Translations under genes and position numbers: made by a program
In this document: in pieces, positions 38,713 to 52,929 of the stretch
How the letters are laid out: the number at the start of each line of letters is the position of its first letter
How positions within the stretch are numbered: the stretch's first letter is position 1
Origin: Callorhinchus milii
Taxonomy: Eukaryota
Assembly (NCBI RefSeq): GCF_018977255.1
Contig: NW_024704742.1
Span: 129,520,001 to 129,584,000 of the forward strand
DNA length: 64,000 bases
Reading direction: 5' to 3'
The notes under the pieces: generated by a model
What the model saw: only the letters and a program-made list of their open reading frames with translations
Databases searched by the model: none
Told to the model about the DNA's origin: nothing

Positions 38713-40191
38713 TCACAACTGTGGTCAATTTTTTCAAACTCAACTCTAGCTTTTTAAACGTCCTGTTCTGTGTTTTTTTAAGAAAAGTTAAGTGAAACTC
38801 AATTTTGTAGCAAACGTATGCAAATTAAAAAGGACTTTCCCGAAATAGAATGGAAAAGTAGATGTCATCCTGGCTCAATTAGTAGTGCTCTCGCTTCTTG
38901 AACACACAACTTTACGACTTAGAGGAAAGAATGCTACCAATACGAGCCAGGCTGACCAACGCCCGGAGGAAGATGGTTCAATGCCAGTGCTCACTTACAT
39001 AAGTTGGGTAGTGCAAACAACACTAGAGGAAATCGAACTATTACACAATCTGGCATTACAGTTCCATTGTGTAACTGATAAATGAGTCACCTGTCTTAAA
39101 AAAAGGGCATCACTTATACCAGTAGGAAAATATTAAGCTTCAAGCACTTTTGAATCTAAATAGCATTACATTAAACTGCACCAACCCATTTGCCAGCAGT
39201 TGCTCACCATAGTATTTTGGTGGTTACGTGACCCCTTTGTCTACAAAATCGAAGCACAAAATTCTGTGTATATTTATCTAAGGACAGAATGAATCAGCCT
39301 TGACAAGGCAGCCAGTTTAATATAACAATAATCCTTGCATTTGATATAACATCTTGTTGTTGAGATGTCAAATGCCTCACAGGATATACTGTGAAGTGGA
39401 TTGACTGTGTATTTTTTGTGGATTAAATGCGGCAGCCAGTTGCGCACAGCAATGTCCCACAAACAGCCATGGAGTTGAGTGACTAATTTTATTTGGGAGA
39501 TTTGTTGGCCAGGACACCAGAGGAAAGAAACTCCCTTCTCTTTTCGAATAGTGTCATGGGATTTTTAACATCCATCACAGCCACAACAACTGAACACCCT
39601 CTAGAAAGGGTGATTCTTGAAAATGGTCCAAGTACCCAATCCCTCCTCAGTCTTTTTGCAATAACTATTGCACTTAAACACATTCTTTGTACTGTGTTTA
39701 TTAAAAATCAATTCGTCAGCCACAAGTATTTCATGTTCCAGGCCATTAGAGCACACTGACTTTATTTAATGTCAAAATATCCGACGTGAAAGGGAACAGT
39801 AAATAATATCCGACATGAAAGGGTACAGCAACTGTACAATGCCAAACACCATCAGTATTTGGCTGTATCGCTGCAACAAAATGACACAACTTTTCAGCTC
39901 TCCCTCCCTCTCTTTTTAACCCTTGCTTAAAGCCTTTAAGCAATAATAATTCTAATAATTCTTCCTGCATACAGCAACTTATTAGTTAATTTTATTATGA
40001 ATAATAATCCTTATATTTGATTGAGCATATTTCACTGGGGTAGGAGTATCTCAAATCACTTCACAGGATACACCATGAAGCATAGGAGACACTGTGCATG
40101 TTGTAGGCAAACGCAGCAGTCAATTTGCACACAGCAATGTCCTACAAACAGCCATGAGGTGTCATTCTGTGAATCCAAAAGGCCTTAAAGT

Positions 40192-40550
40192 GGAGTCCTA
40201 TAGTGTATTGGTTAGAGCACTCGCCTCACAAGCAAGAGGACTTGGTTTGATTCCCGGGCGGGGTAAAACCTTAGGCAAGTTTCCTGACTCCACGCACCTG
40301 TGTTTACCTAACAGAAAATAGGAACCCAGTTGTTAGTCGATTGACAGATTGCTTTTGGTAATAATAAGTAATAATCCCTCCCCTCCAAAACTCTATCCAC
40401 GACTGTTTGTGGGACATGCTGTGCACAAATGGCTGCTGTGTTTCACCCTCAAAATACACAGTCAATCCACTTTACAATATATTCTGTGAAACACTTTGAG
40501 ACATCTCAACAATGGGAAAAGACTCTGTATCAAATGCGAGGATTATTATT
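40192..40550 (+). mobile_element. Full-length SINE, older subfamily
   Basis: tRNA head to GGATTATTATT tail. Confidence 0.85.
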
Positions 40551-40769
40551 ACATATTATTAAAAGTGAACTGACCAGTGGTAACAGGTCCCAGTAATAAC
40601 ACAGAAACCAGCAAGACTGACACAAAACCAAACACAACTTCTGGATCGATACCCTTTCGTGGCAGCACAGACACAGGTGATTGCAACGAGAGGCTGACTG
40701 TCTGCATCACACTGGCTTTCAGTAAAATGAGTTCAATTAAATATAAGGATTGTTATTATTCATACAGCA

Positions 40770-41048
40770 CCACCAACAAAATTACATTTGTAAAGCGCCT
40801 TTCATGTCGGGAGGACTTCCCAAAGCGCTGAACAGTCAGGGATCAGGACCCGAGCTTGGGGGGACAGGGTTGGGATGAGGGAGGGCAGACGGAGCAGGAG
40901 GGTGGCTGAAGGTACGGTCAAAAAGGAGGGTCTTGAGTTCTGCCTTGAAGGAGGCAAGAGAGGGAGCAAAGCGAAGGGATTGTGGGATGGAGTTCCAAAA
41001 AGGGGCAGAGAGGCTAAAAGCCCAGCCACTGATGGTTGGGCGGGAGAT
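40770..41048 (-). mobile_element. L2 LINE 3' end
   Basis: Tail and C-terminal similarity to 5622-5910. Confidence 0.85.
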
Positions 41049-41864
41049 TTATTATTTTTATAATAAAATGAACTAATAATTTGATCTATGTAGAGAAGAA
41101 TTATAAGAATTATTGTTGTTTCCACATTTTATAATAAAGAGCTGAAACCAAGGAGGCGAAATGAGACTTCCTAAGGTTGCCAGTGAATCGTCAAGTTTCC
41201 TTGCTTTGGAAACAGAGATATCGCTAATTAAAGCAATTACATTTTGTAAAGTTAAAGGTGGGGGCAAATCACCCACAAAATATACAGAAAATTAACTTTA
41301 CAGTATATCCTTATACAGTCAATTCACCTTACAGTACATTCTGTGAAGCGCTTTGAGACGTATCGAAGACGTGCTATAATATCAAATGCAAGGATTATTA
41401 TTATTATCATCCTGTAAAGCTCTTTGATTCAGTCTCAACGATGTGATAAGGTGTTATATCAAATACAAGGATTATTTTATTATTAAGGGAGCGGACAGAG
41501 TACAGCTGATGTTATTCCTTCATAGCGTGTGTATGTGCTCAATAACAAGACAATAAAGAAATAAGTTCACAATAAAGTCACAGACACATAACAAGAGGGA
41601 AGGGAAACCCTCTCCTTCAAGACACTGCAAATTTCCAACCAGAAAAAAGGCAAAAAACAAAGGGATTATCTTACATTTGAATAATTTGAATTGTTATTAT
41701 GTTTTTATAATTCTGAAAAGTTTCATAATTAAACTTTTTGTAATTTTAACATTTTCATAACTTTCCATTTTCACCATTTAAATTGCTAATAGGCACAGAC
41801 AGACACGAACAACAACAACAACAAGCTCTGTGCATCAGTTAAGACAGAGTTAAAATAAACTCAC

Positions 41865-42400
41865 CTTAAACTCAGCAGCTCACAGTGGGAGACACAGAGA
41901 AAGAGTCTTTAATTACCTGAATGGCAAGATATACGCATTAAAAAGTTGTCCCCTTTAAAGATTAAAGTTTAGATAATAAATGTCATTGACAGTATTTGTT
42001 GTATAGAGTTTTAAATACCTGAAATGTAGCAGCCCAGGCGACCAGCAGAGAGCTTGAGCTTGTTCTGGCATCAGAGAGAGAAAAATGACAATCAACTTAG
42101 TCACTTTAAAGCTGAACAGCTCAAAACTTCAGGGAGAGAGAGAGAGAGAGCTTTGTGCTGCTGTGAACTGACCTGCTCCACCTTACAGTTGCTGAGCCTC
42201 TCACAACATGTCCTTTTGTAGCACTCTCAATTAAACTCGAGAGTGAGTCTCGCCTCCCTTCCCCTGCCCAGGAGGGCAGGATGTCAATCACTCCTCTCTG
42301 AGAGCCACCACTGTCAGCCTCCTCCTCCCTTTGATGTGACCACCTGAATCCAGCCCAGAAAAGCATAGCTTTGTGTGGTGCCAACCTCAAGCATAACAAG
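41865..42400 (-). promoter_or_regulatory. Candidate first exon(s)/promoter of the ACSBG-like gene
   Basis: Consensus donor AAG|gtgagt at 41865/41864 and further CAG|gt sites at about 41917 and 42019, in a repeat-poor stretch with a (GA)n tract; inference only. Confidence 0.3.
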
Positions 42401-45400
42401 GGACTGTAAAGGGGAAATCCCCTGGTATATATACATATAAAAAATTGAACTCACCACCATTGCTGTTGCTGGCAATACTCAAGACAGGGCAACTTTGGCC
42501 TCAGGGACACAATATCTCATTCAAGGACTTGCTCTTTCCATGGGCTCGCACTTTCATTTTGGTATTTCACGAACCTCAAGACCTTCCTCTTCAACTGTGC
42601 CTTCAGTCACCCTCCTACCCCCACCCTCCCTGCCATGGCAGGGACAGTGCTTGAACACTCAGCCACCATTTTAGGACAAACGGAATGAGGAATGTGCAAT
42701 TGGCCAGAATCAGAAGAGTGTAGGAATGCGCTGGAAAAAGAGCTGGAGAAAATTGCATGGATAAGAAGGGCAAGGCGATGACGGGATTTAAAGGGATGGA
42801 TAAGGATTTTAAGGTACAGGAAACCAGGTAAAGATGGGAGTAATGGGAAAATGAGGGCTGCAGTGTTTTCGATGACCCTTTTCACTCTTCTAGCATGAGG
42901 GCATGTAGTACCCAATTGGATTCCAAAATGCAGCACAGAGTAGGGTAAAGATTGTTTATGCATCCGATAACAGACATGGTAGTCAAAGAGGAAGAAGGAT
43001 AACATGGATTGAGAACAAAGAGTAAACATTAGGTTTCTAATAATTATGGTAGCCAACAGTAGTGGCCAACAATCCCCCAAATAAAATTGATCACTCCCTT
43101 TGTGGCTGTTTGTGTCAGACCTTGCTATACACAAATTGATTGCTGCATTTGTCTACAAAATACAGTCCCTACAGTTTACAGTATATCTTGTGAAGCACTT
43201 TAAAACATTTGCCTGTTGTAGAAGGTACTACAGTATATCAAATACAAGGATTATTATTCTATGAGTTTAAAGTTCCAATTGGGGATTGAACCCACAAAGC
43301 TCTGACTCTGAGGTGAGAGTCCTACTAAAGGAAACAGACTGACACTTGAAAATCACCCAAAAAAGCTGTATGACTAAATCGATTTTTCTCCTGCTATTTG
43401 TGCATAAACATTTACCGTTAGGAGACAAATAGTTGCTCGCATTGGTAGACAAAGCACCCCTCTGGAATCCAACCTATTTAGATTGGGGCCAGAATTTCAT
43501 TGACATGGTGCCAATACTTGAAAAAGAATATTTTCCACTTACTGAAAGCAGCCTGTTGTAGATAGATTGCACGTAGCCTTTCAATGCCTGAAGGGTGTCA
43601 GGCTCTGGCTGAACTCACTAGCGACTCATTCGTTCTCACCAGTTTTAACCATAAATTGATTTTCTTCAACTACAAGGTAGTCCTTAACACAGAGGATGTT
43701 CCTTTTTTTCCTGCTTAATGACTAAACGTAATTAATCTAATAAAATGCCCCAATTTAAGGAAAGTGAATCGATCATTATTCCTCCAGGGATTAGTTATGT
43801 CGATAGGTTGGGTTTCCTCCAATATTGTTTATGTAATAAAGTACCTGACTCTGTGACATCATAATCTGTCAGAAAGATGTGAGCGATCGCTCTGTCTCTC
43901 TCTCTGTCTCTGTCTCGAGCAGTTTAGCAGCCGTACTCTCGGCAAGAAAAAACATTTGTTTTGAAGAATAATCTGTAGCTTTTTCCACTACTTTACTGAG
44001 ACCGACCTGCTGCGCATCCCCCGACCCCTCCGCACCACCATCCGTGCCCATGCCTACAGGCCTACACCTCTAACCTCTGGATCTCCCTGCCTCAATCCCA
44101 CTGCCTCACCCCCTCTTTATCTATCTCTAAATCCCACTTTAAGATTTATCTCTTTGAAAGCTATGGTCATCTTCCCCTTCCCCTGCCCAGCCACTGTGCA
44201 GCGCTCCCAGGTGCCATCCTGTGTGATAGCCACTATATAAATGCAAGTTGTTGTATACTTATTACTGTTCATAGATTTTACTCTGGTTTGGATGTTCAAA
44301 TGTCATTTAAATGTAATCAATGTTTTTACAAGAAAACTTTATTTCAGACAGTTACCTAAATTATATACAGTTAGATACTAATGAATTTATCAACTAGGCA
44401 CAGATTGGTTTAATATAATTGAAATTAAGTTGGCAAGCGTCAATCTGAATTCAAGTGGAGGTGAAGAGAACCACATAAATCCAAGTTGATATTGTTTTAT
44501 TCATATTGGAGCAAATATGGTGCCTTGTTGCATGAGTTAAAATGTCAATAGCAGTTTGGTTACATTTTTAATAATTTTGTAAAAGAGCGTACAACAAAAC
44601 AAATGAATAGAGAGAGGCTGCATTCATACTTAGTGCAGGTCGAGGCAATATTGGAGGACATTCTTAGCATGAAAATTCTGTCCATTACTTATCAGTTGTC
44701 AGGTCATTTCACTTGTTTGTTATAAATCATATGGAGTAAAGAGAGGGGTCATCCTAACATGCTGCTAAAGTATAATAATAATCATATTTGCATTTGCAAT
44801 AGTGTCTTTCACATCAGGAGGATGTCTCAAAGCCTTCACAGGATTTACTATGAAGGAAAGTGACTATGTACTTTAGGCAAACACGGCAGCCCAATTTCAC
44901 ACAGCAATATCTCACAAACAGCCAGGAAACAAATTATCAATTTTATCTGAGGTATTTTACCTGTTGACCAGGACACCAGAAGAAATTCCCTTCTCTTTTT
45001 GAATAATGCCATTGGATCATTAACGTCCACCTGAACATTCCACCTAGTTAGGCAGATCATCAATTTGTACTTCACCCAAGAGGACATTATCCACATGTTG
45101 AAATGTCCCTTACATGTGTGGGGCTCTCAATACTTCGGCTTAGATATTCTTAAGTGTGGTGATGTGTTTCCCAAGTATCAGTTATTTGTCTGACCCCACA
45201 AAAAATCATGTTTGAGCCTTGACATTGGGTGTTGCTTCCATTATGTGCCAAACTGCTCCCCCTTCCTATTCCCATGTTGACTTGAAGTTGTTATTCAGCC
45301 AGACTCATTTGAACCTTGATGATTTGGGTCCATAAAATCAGAACCTGGATTATAATGGGTCATACTATAAAAATGGTCATTGGTCAGCCGTTCCGGGTCA

Positions 45401-47749
45401 TCAGGTTACCCTGACATCACTTCCTGTGCACTGCTAGTGAGAAACTAATACACTGAAGAGTGAGGAGATTGCTGTTTCTTCTGCAACAGCTGCATTGATC
45501 AAGTCATTCAATGGCTACGAGAGAGGTGAAATATCCATATCCTCTTACTGAGTCACAAATGGGTGCGTTTCCAAGTTTCCACAAATCTGTTTGTGGGGAA
45601 AAAAGAAAGTTGTGCCTGACTGCTATTCTTTCTCCTAACATCTCCATTTTTAATCGGAGTTCCCTGGATTTTCGAGACATTTAGCAAACTGAAAAATCTG
45701 CCCGAATCACATTGGACAGAAAAGCCTTTCATAATCAAAAATGTCAATTATCCTGTAATTGCAGGCTCCTCATTTGCAAAGAGAATAAGCCCAAATTCTT
45801 CACTTTTGCCTCATAATTTAAATTCCTAAAACCTGCTATTATTGTAACTTCTTGGTTCCCTGTCTCTGTACCTTAGCAAGAACAATAACATCCCTCCTAA
45901 GATAAAGTGACTAAAACTCAAATATTCCAGTTAGCACCCAACCAATAACTAAAATAATAATAATAATCCTTGCATTTGATATACTGCCTTATCACATCCT
46001 CGAGACATCTCAAAGCGCTTCACAGAATATACTGTAAAGTGTAGTGATTGTAATTACTGTAGGTGAAATGTGGCAGCCAAATGCACACAGCAGTATGCCA
46101 CAAACAATTGTGGATTGAGTGATCAAATTATTATTTTTTTTGAATGGATTATTACCTTAATAATAAATAATACATAATGTAATATAAGTAATTTTTTTTT
46201 ACACCTGTACTCTTATCTCCCTGCTAAAGCAATATTTTATATAACTTGTCACTCAGATAGAGCCTGAAATTGCACCATGTGAGACTATTTCAGATTTAAG
46301 ATTGGGCAGAATTGGTGAAAATTCTTCAATTCAATCGTAATTTGGAAGTCAGTTCTGTTTAAAAGTGCAGAAAAACAGCTTCCAGAATCGGACTTAATAG
46401 AAGACTTTTGCCATGATTCCACAATTTTGCCCACAAAATATACAATCAATTCACTTTACAATATATTCTGCAAAGCACTCTGAGACATCTTGAAGGCTTA
46501 ATAAGGCGCTCTCTCAAATGCAAGGTTTTTAAAAAACAAATTCAAGGATTATTATGATCTTAAATTTAAAATGAAACCCTTTGCTTTCTCCAATCACTCC
46601 GACTTTGTCTACTGCCTGTTCACATACTCTCTCCAGCCTCTCTGACATCTCAGTGCACTGAGAGTTGAGGGGAATAAATTGTTAGAATCAATAAATTTCA
46701 GTTAATGTTAAACCAAGCTCTCATATTCCCCAGATGACAATAATCTCCAGGCACTAATTGTAAACAAAAAGAAAGGAATGATCCTGTTGTCACACACAAT
46801 ATTTTGAAAGAAACTCCTGATCAATCATAGTTAAATATATCTGAATAAATATTATAATAATTATTACTAATCATAATCCAAGTATTTTATATAATGCCTT
46901 ATCATATCATTGAAATGTCTTAAGGTCCTCCATAGGACAGTTCAAAGTGTAGTGACTGTATATTTGTAGGTAAACATGGCAGCCAATTTATGCGATACAA
47001 TGAATGCCTCTCAAACAGCCATAGCCAACGTTATCTGGACGAGACATCAGGAGAAACTCCCTTTTTTATTTGAATAATGCTGCGTGTTGAAGCACCTTGT
47101 GCCATCCTCCCAAAACAAAATGTGCTATATAAATGCAATTTGTTGCTGTTGTGGTTTCTCAGTAGCTAAAGGCTGACTTTACTCAATCACTGCTGGTTTA
47201 TCTGATTCTACATGGTCTGAACCTGCAACTGCATTTTTGAGCATGCATCTTGTGTTCTTTTTGATCGCTAGAGGATAAGAAACAGCAAATCTAATTAAGA
47301 TTCCTCATTTCAACCCAAAAGGGCCTTCAATGTGGAAATAGAGCAAATAAGAGAGAACCAGCTCGCCTAGCCTTACTTGTTCAAGTGACCATGACGTTCT
47401 CAAGTGTACCATGCCTTAGGGATTATCTGCAACATTTCTTAGCACAAGAGTACAAACAACGCTTTTGGGCAGAGAAACGGTTAATGCTCCGTAGACATTT
47501 CACTTCAAATCAAAACAGTGCTTGGAATTCTTATGAGAAAGAGGACAATCATCTATAAAAAACACCCAAGTATAAAGTATATGTTTGAAGTGTACTGGGA
47601 CAAGAGATTAATAATCCATTTGCATGTTAAACATCAACTGCAAATGTCACCACTTTATATTTATTGTACCTTCACACTGTACCAGTCTGGTGAGATTTGC
47701 TGGGGAGATAATGGCTTCCGCTACTTTCCTCATTTAATACTATCAGTCT

Positions 47750-48185
47750 GACTCAGTTGATAACAAACCGCCTCTGAGTCAAAAGTTTGTAGGTTCAAGT
47801 CCCATGTTGGGACTTTTAGCTCATAGTCTGGGCTGCCTCTCCTGTGCAATGCTGAGGGTTGCTGCATTGTCAAAGGTGCCTTCCTTCGGATGAGACATTA
47901 CACTGAGGTCCTGTCTACCTGTTTAGATGGACTTTAAAGGCCCCATAGTACTATTCAAAAAGAGATATGAGTTTCACCCAGAGTCCTGGCCAGTAATTCC
48001 TCAGACAAAATTGATAAATCACTTCATAGTTCCTTGTGGGACATTGCTGTGCACAAATAGGCTGCTGTGTTTGTCTATGGATACATGGTCGCTACACTTT
48101 ACAGTAAATCCTGTGAAGTTCTTTGAGATGTTTCAGCAATCTGATAAGGCGCTACTTCAAAATCAAGGATTGTTATCATATTATT
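47750..48185 (+). mobile_element. Complete Deu-domain SINE
   Basis: tRNA head, Deu core CGGATGAGACATTACACTGAGGTCCTGTCT, L2-type tail. Confidence 0.8.
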
Positions 48186-50212
48186 GAATAACTAGCTGTA
48201 CCCATTGAAGCTTTGCTTGCAACCAAAGGATCCAATATGCAATGTAGATTGACACACAGACAAGACATTTCATCTTTATCTATACTCAGCTGCGAGGACT
48301 TAGTGGGAAGACTTGGTTAGGAGGACTCCTGGTTGGGAGGACTCCTGGTTGGAGTGTATGCATAAGTGATGAACTTGTAGACCATACCTTTCCTCTGTTG
48401 CTACTTTGTTGCAGATTATATTAATTTAGATGTATCTCACTAGAAGTGTGTGATTTCCTCTGTCACTACTTTGTTGCAGAATACCATGCATACCTCATAT
48501 TTTGGGGCTTATTAAAGTATTTTTTTTAAATACAGCTCATCAAATATCACTCATTTTGGGAGATTCCCCCCAAAAATCTGCCCATGACACTCCCCTATTC
48601 AAGACTTATCCGATGAGGTATAAATCATGTCTCTACATCAATCAGTTATTACATTCTTGACAGACAGACATTTTGTCTTTATTAGTATAGATAATAATAC
48701 TTGCTTATGTTATTAACACTATTGGCAGCAGAAATTAAACAAACTCCTACAGTATATCGACTCATTCCAAGGGTTCAAACCACATTCTACCAAAGGCTTC
48801 ACTCACTATTGAGGATTCCCACCATTAATTGGTCCTCCTGTAAGGTATCAATGGATAGCACTCTGTCTTTGGTCAGAAACTTGTTGGTTAAGTCCTGCAT
48901 AAGGGACTTAGAAATTGTGGTCAGGCTATCATTCCAGTCCAGAATGATAGAAGAATCCTGCATTGTTAGAGTTGCCATTCTTTGGGATATGGCATTAAAC
49001 TGCCTGTACTCTCATCCGCCTGTTCAGAAGGCTGTTAAATACGATCAATTGTAGTTAGTGTCCTTGTAGGCAGAGAACAGCCCATGAATCTAGAAGATTG
49101 GTGGCCAAGACACTGGGGAAAACTCCTTTCTCATTCTGAATAATGATAATTTTAACAATCCCTAAATTGTAACATTGGAACTATCTCTCCCCTTTAGAGT
49201 CCTGTCATCCACAATTTCTTTGCAAAATATGTACAGGACCATTAACCTTCTCTTCGATTATGCCTGTCCCAGCTCTCTGGAAAAAAAATGCTATTCGCGT
49301 ATTTCCATTTCCCTGCCGTTTCCCCAAATCCCTTTATATCTTTCTTGTTCAGACATTCATATCTTAGAAAGCTGTTCTGGATTGCTCTTTGTAGCACTGT
49401 GTTCTGAACGTCTCTCATGAGTTGAGAATTGGCTCTTTAGATACAACAACTTGCATTTATATAGATAACGCTTCTCACTCAAGTTAGCATCCCAGAGCAC
49501 TTGTATAAGATATATTAGATACCGCAAGGTTCTTATACAAATAATGGTTTCAAACTATCACGGTTATGGGAAACCCTTATAAGAATAAAATGTTGAGTGC
49601 TAATGCAGATTTCAGAAATCTGCTTGTCCAATATACCCAACGCCGATATTTTATACGGTAGAAGCTTAACACATCCTTGACATTGCTGGGCATCTGACAA
49701 AATCCTCATCATTCTACCCTCACACCTCTGTGATCTTCTCCTACCCCACTCCTCTGCTCGACTAACTCATGCTTGTTGCACATCCCCTGTGCTCTCCCTT
49801 CCACCATTGGAACTTCCTTCTTCACTCCCTTCGTCTCGCTCCCTCTCTTCCTATTTTCAGGTCTCTGCTGAAGACCTTTCTTTTCGACCACACCTTTGGT
49901 CACTTTCCTCCCCCTTCCCCTGGCTCGGCCCCGGGATCCGTTACTGTGAAGCGCTCTGAGACACCGTCCGGCTGGAGGGCACTATATAAATCCAAGTTGT
50001 TGTCGTTTGTGGTGGTGGTGGCTGGGCTTTCAGATATTACAACCCTAACCTCTCAAACTCCTTGCTTCTAAACATCTGTTTCGATCCCTCTCTATCCCTC
50101 TTAAAACGTATCTCTTTAAACTGCACCTGTACCCTCCTTCCCCCAGTCTTTGTGAAGCACTGTGAGACATTATCCCACGTGAAGGGAGCTATATAAATGC
50201 CACAAAACAACT

Positions 50213-50466
50213 TAATAATAATAATAATAATCCTTGCATTTGATATAGCGCTTTTCACGTCGGGAGGACGTCCCAAAGCGCTTCACAGAACACACTGTAA
50301 AGTGAATTGACTGTATATTTGTGGGCGAACGCGGCAGCCAATTGCGCACAGCAATGTCCCACAAACAGTCGTAGGTTGAAAATGACCAATTTATTATTGT
50401 TTTTGGTTTTTGGAGGGATTATTATTAGGCGTGTAGAGTAAGGAAACTTGCCCAAGGTTTCGCCCT
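50213..50466 (-). mobile_element. Young SINE, 5'-truncated
   Basis: Near-identical to 22552-22793. Confidence 0.93.
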
Positions 50467-50599
50467 CTTGCATTTAACACAAGCTGTTATTGCTGAATGC
50501 AATGTACATGTGAATGAAGATAACCATGGATCATATCACAATAGCACCACCATGTGTTGAATGACAGACAGAAGATAACAAGATCAAGATTAGATTTCT

Positions 50600-50915
50600 C
50601 CCCTCCTACTCTCTGGAAGGTGCTGGCTCTCATTGGGTTAGGGACCCATTGGCTGATGGCGCAGCCTTTCCAGTACTCAGCCAAGTGGCCATTCAAGTCT
50701 TAGCAGGGTCCTCAACATTGAGGGAATCACAGCAGAGTCTCAATCTGTTCACTGTTTTAACATCCATCCAGCAAAATTAGGCACCAGGGCTGACTTAATA
50801 GAATAATAATCCTTGCCCTCTCTTCAGGGCTAATGGGGATACCTGCAGCATCACACATGTAAACGGCTAATTTAGAACAGCCTGGGAATTGAACCTGAAA
50901 GCTTTCAGTCTGAAA
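50600..50915 (-). mobile_element. Ancient SINE, AmnSINE2-like
   Basis: CCAGTACTCAGCCAAGTGGCCATTC and GGGAATTGAACCTG blocks. Confidence 0.45.
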
Positions 50916-52206
50916 CAGTCAATACTGTGTACACACCGGCCAATGCCTTCAATGACTCATTTCTAATCAGCGTCAATGTTCAGCTTCCTCAAGTTAGATT
51001 AATTTATTTATCAAGAAAGAGAGTGTGGTTAAGAGAATTTGTTAGATGATGGATTGTCCCGTTAAACAACAACTACTTGCATTTATATAGTGTCTTTCAC
51101 ACAGTTAAACATCTCCGGTTGGGCCCTTGACACCAAATCAGTGGTTGAAGCCGAATCCATAATGGGATTTAAAAGGGAATTAGACAAGCATATGACAAGG
51201 GAAATTATGGAAAGGGCATAGGGAGAAAACAGGGAGTGGGAGTAAACAGGAGGTTATTACAGACAATGCAGGACAATGGGTGAAATTGCCTTGTTCTGCA
51301 CTGAAAACTGAATGAACAGGCTTTGCCAAATGTGAATGAGCTGCTCGTCTGTGTAGATCAACTGCTGCTCTTCACAACATTTATGGGCATTTAATCAACA
51401 TGACCAGAACCAGTCATCAATTCAACAACTCGTTCCCCCAGAACACTGAGGTCATCTTTTCTTTGTAAAAGAAAAACAATAAGAGTCAGATTGATAGATT
51501 TTTGCTAGGTCAGGGATATGGAGCAAAAGCAAAAAATTGGAATTGACAGGATTAGTTGAGGTACAGATTAGCCATGATCTAATTAAATGGTAGAACAGGC
51601 TCGAAGGGCTGATTGGCCTACTCCTGTTTCTATGTTTCTGGATGCCATCAATCTTTCAAAAGCAAATTACAACAACAATAACTTGCACTTACATAGCACT
51701 ATACATTTTGGGAGGAAGAATAAGGATAGGTGGGAAGGAAGGTGTGCAAAGGGGTCAAAAAAAAGTCAGTTACAGGGGTATGAGGAAAGGGCAGGTAAGT
51801 CAGACTGGAAGAATTGCTATTGAGGGAGCAGGCACAGACATGCCAAATAGCCTTCTTCTGTGTTGTAAATTTCTATGGTTCGTACTGTTCCTTTCTCCTA
51901 TGCTTCTTAGGTCAACATGACACTGCTGTAACTTTATAATCTGCAGCTGGATCTCAAAGGAAAATGTCACTCTAAATTATTAACAGCAGGTTTGTAAACA
52001 AGAGTCTCACAGCAAAGTACTGATTGTTCCAACTTGCCAATTGTATAGTGCAACTATTTTATCTGAACTATTAATTGGGTCACAATTCCTCTCCTAGAAT
52101 ATGAGTTGAAAGGTAAAGCTGAAACCCATCCCCCTCGAATGCTGCTTTTTATTTTGAAAAGCTATTTTACTACTAAAGAGTAGTGTAGGAATCATGCCAA
52201 TCAAAT

Positions 52207-52298
52207 CATTGGTTGTAAAAATTGGTTGTAAATTGATTGGTTATAAATTGGTTTATATTGGCTATAAATTGGGTATAAATTGGTTTGTAAATTGGTTG
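52207..52298. repeat. Degenerate (AAATTGGTTRT)n minisatellite at the start of a SINE body
   Basis: Repeated AATTGG units run straight into SINE sequence (gtgtttcgcccac...). Confidence 0.75.
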
Positions 52299-52929
52299 AT
52301 GTGTTTCGCCCACGAAATACACAGTCAATCCACTTTACAATATATTCGTAATATATTTTGCAATATATTCTGTGAGCGCTTTGGAACATCTCAACAACAT
52401 ATCAAATGCAAGGATTATTATTGTTGTTAATAAAGGTCTGTCATCTTAAAAACTGTAGAAGGAGTTTCGTATTAGCCAAATACTGCAAACATTTCTGAGA
52501 ATGCTGACTAACTAAACTAAGTTGAAATTCTAGTCTTTGGGAATAGATCAGATAAGAGCACATCTGTTAAGTGTAATATGCACCATCTTACAGGTGTGGA
52601 GCAAAGAGTGAGGGGGGGGGGGGGAGAAAACCAAGCGAAAACAACAAATGCTTGATGTAATGTACAATTCACCACTGTATAAATGTTGTGTCGTCCCAGT
52701 TGAAAGGAATTTTATCAGCAACTAGGAGTGCACCATCGGAGTTGAGATGTCAATTAACCAAGGCAAATGGAATTGCTGATTTGGAAGTGTCTGATAGCCC
52801 TAGATTAATGCAGCCGGTAGGAATGATCTAAAGAAGGAAAATTATGATTGCGTTATGAACGCAAATTTCCTTCAACTGAACATTGACAAGATGGAAGCCA
52901 TACTTCCATGTCGTTAATGTCTAAAATTT

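Noticed and set aside
43881..43892. 12-bp palindrome GAGCGATCGCTC
   Set aside because: Palindromes of this length are expected by chance in 64 kb.
48318..48482. Short tandem duplications (GGAGGACTCCTGGTTG x2; TTCCTCTGT..CTACTTTGTTGCAGA x2)
   Set aside because: Local duplications with no further structure.
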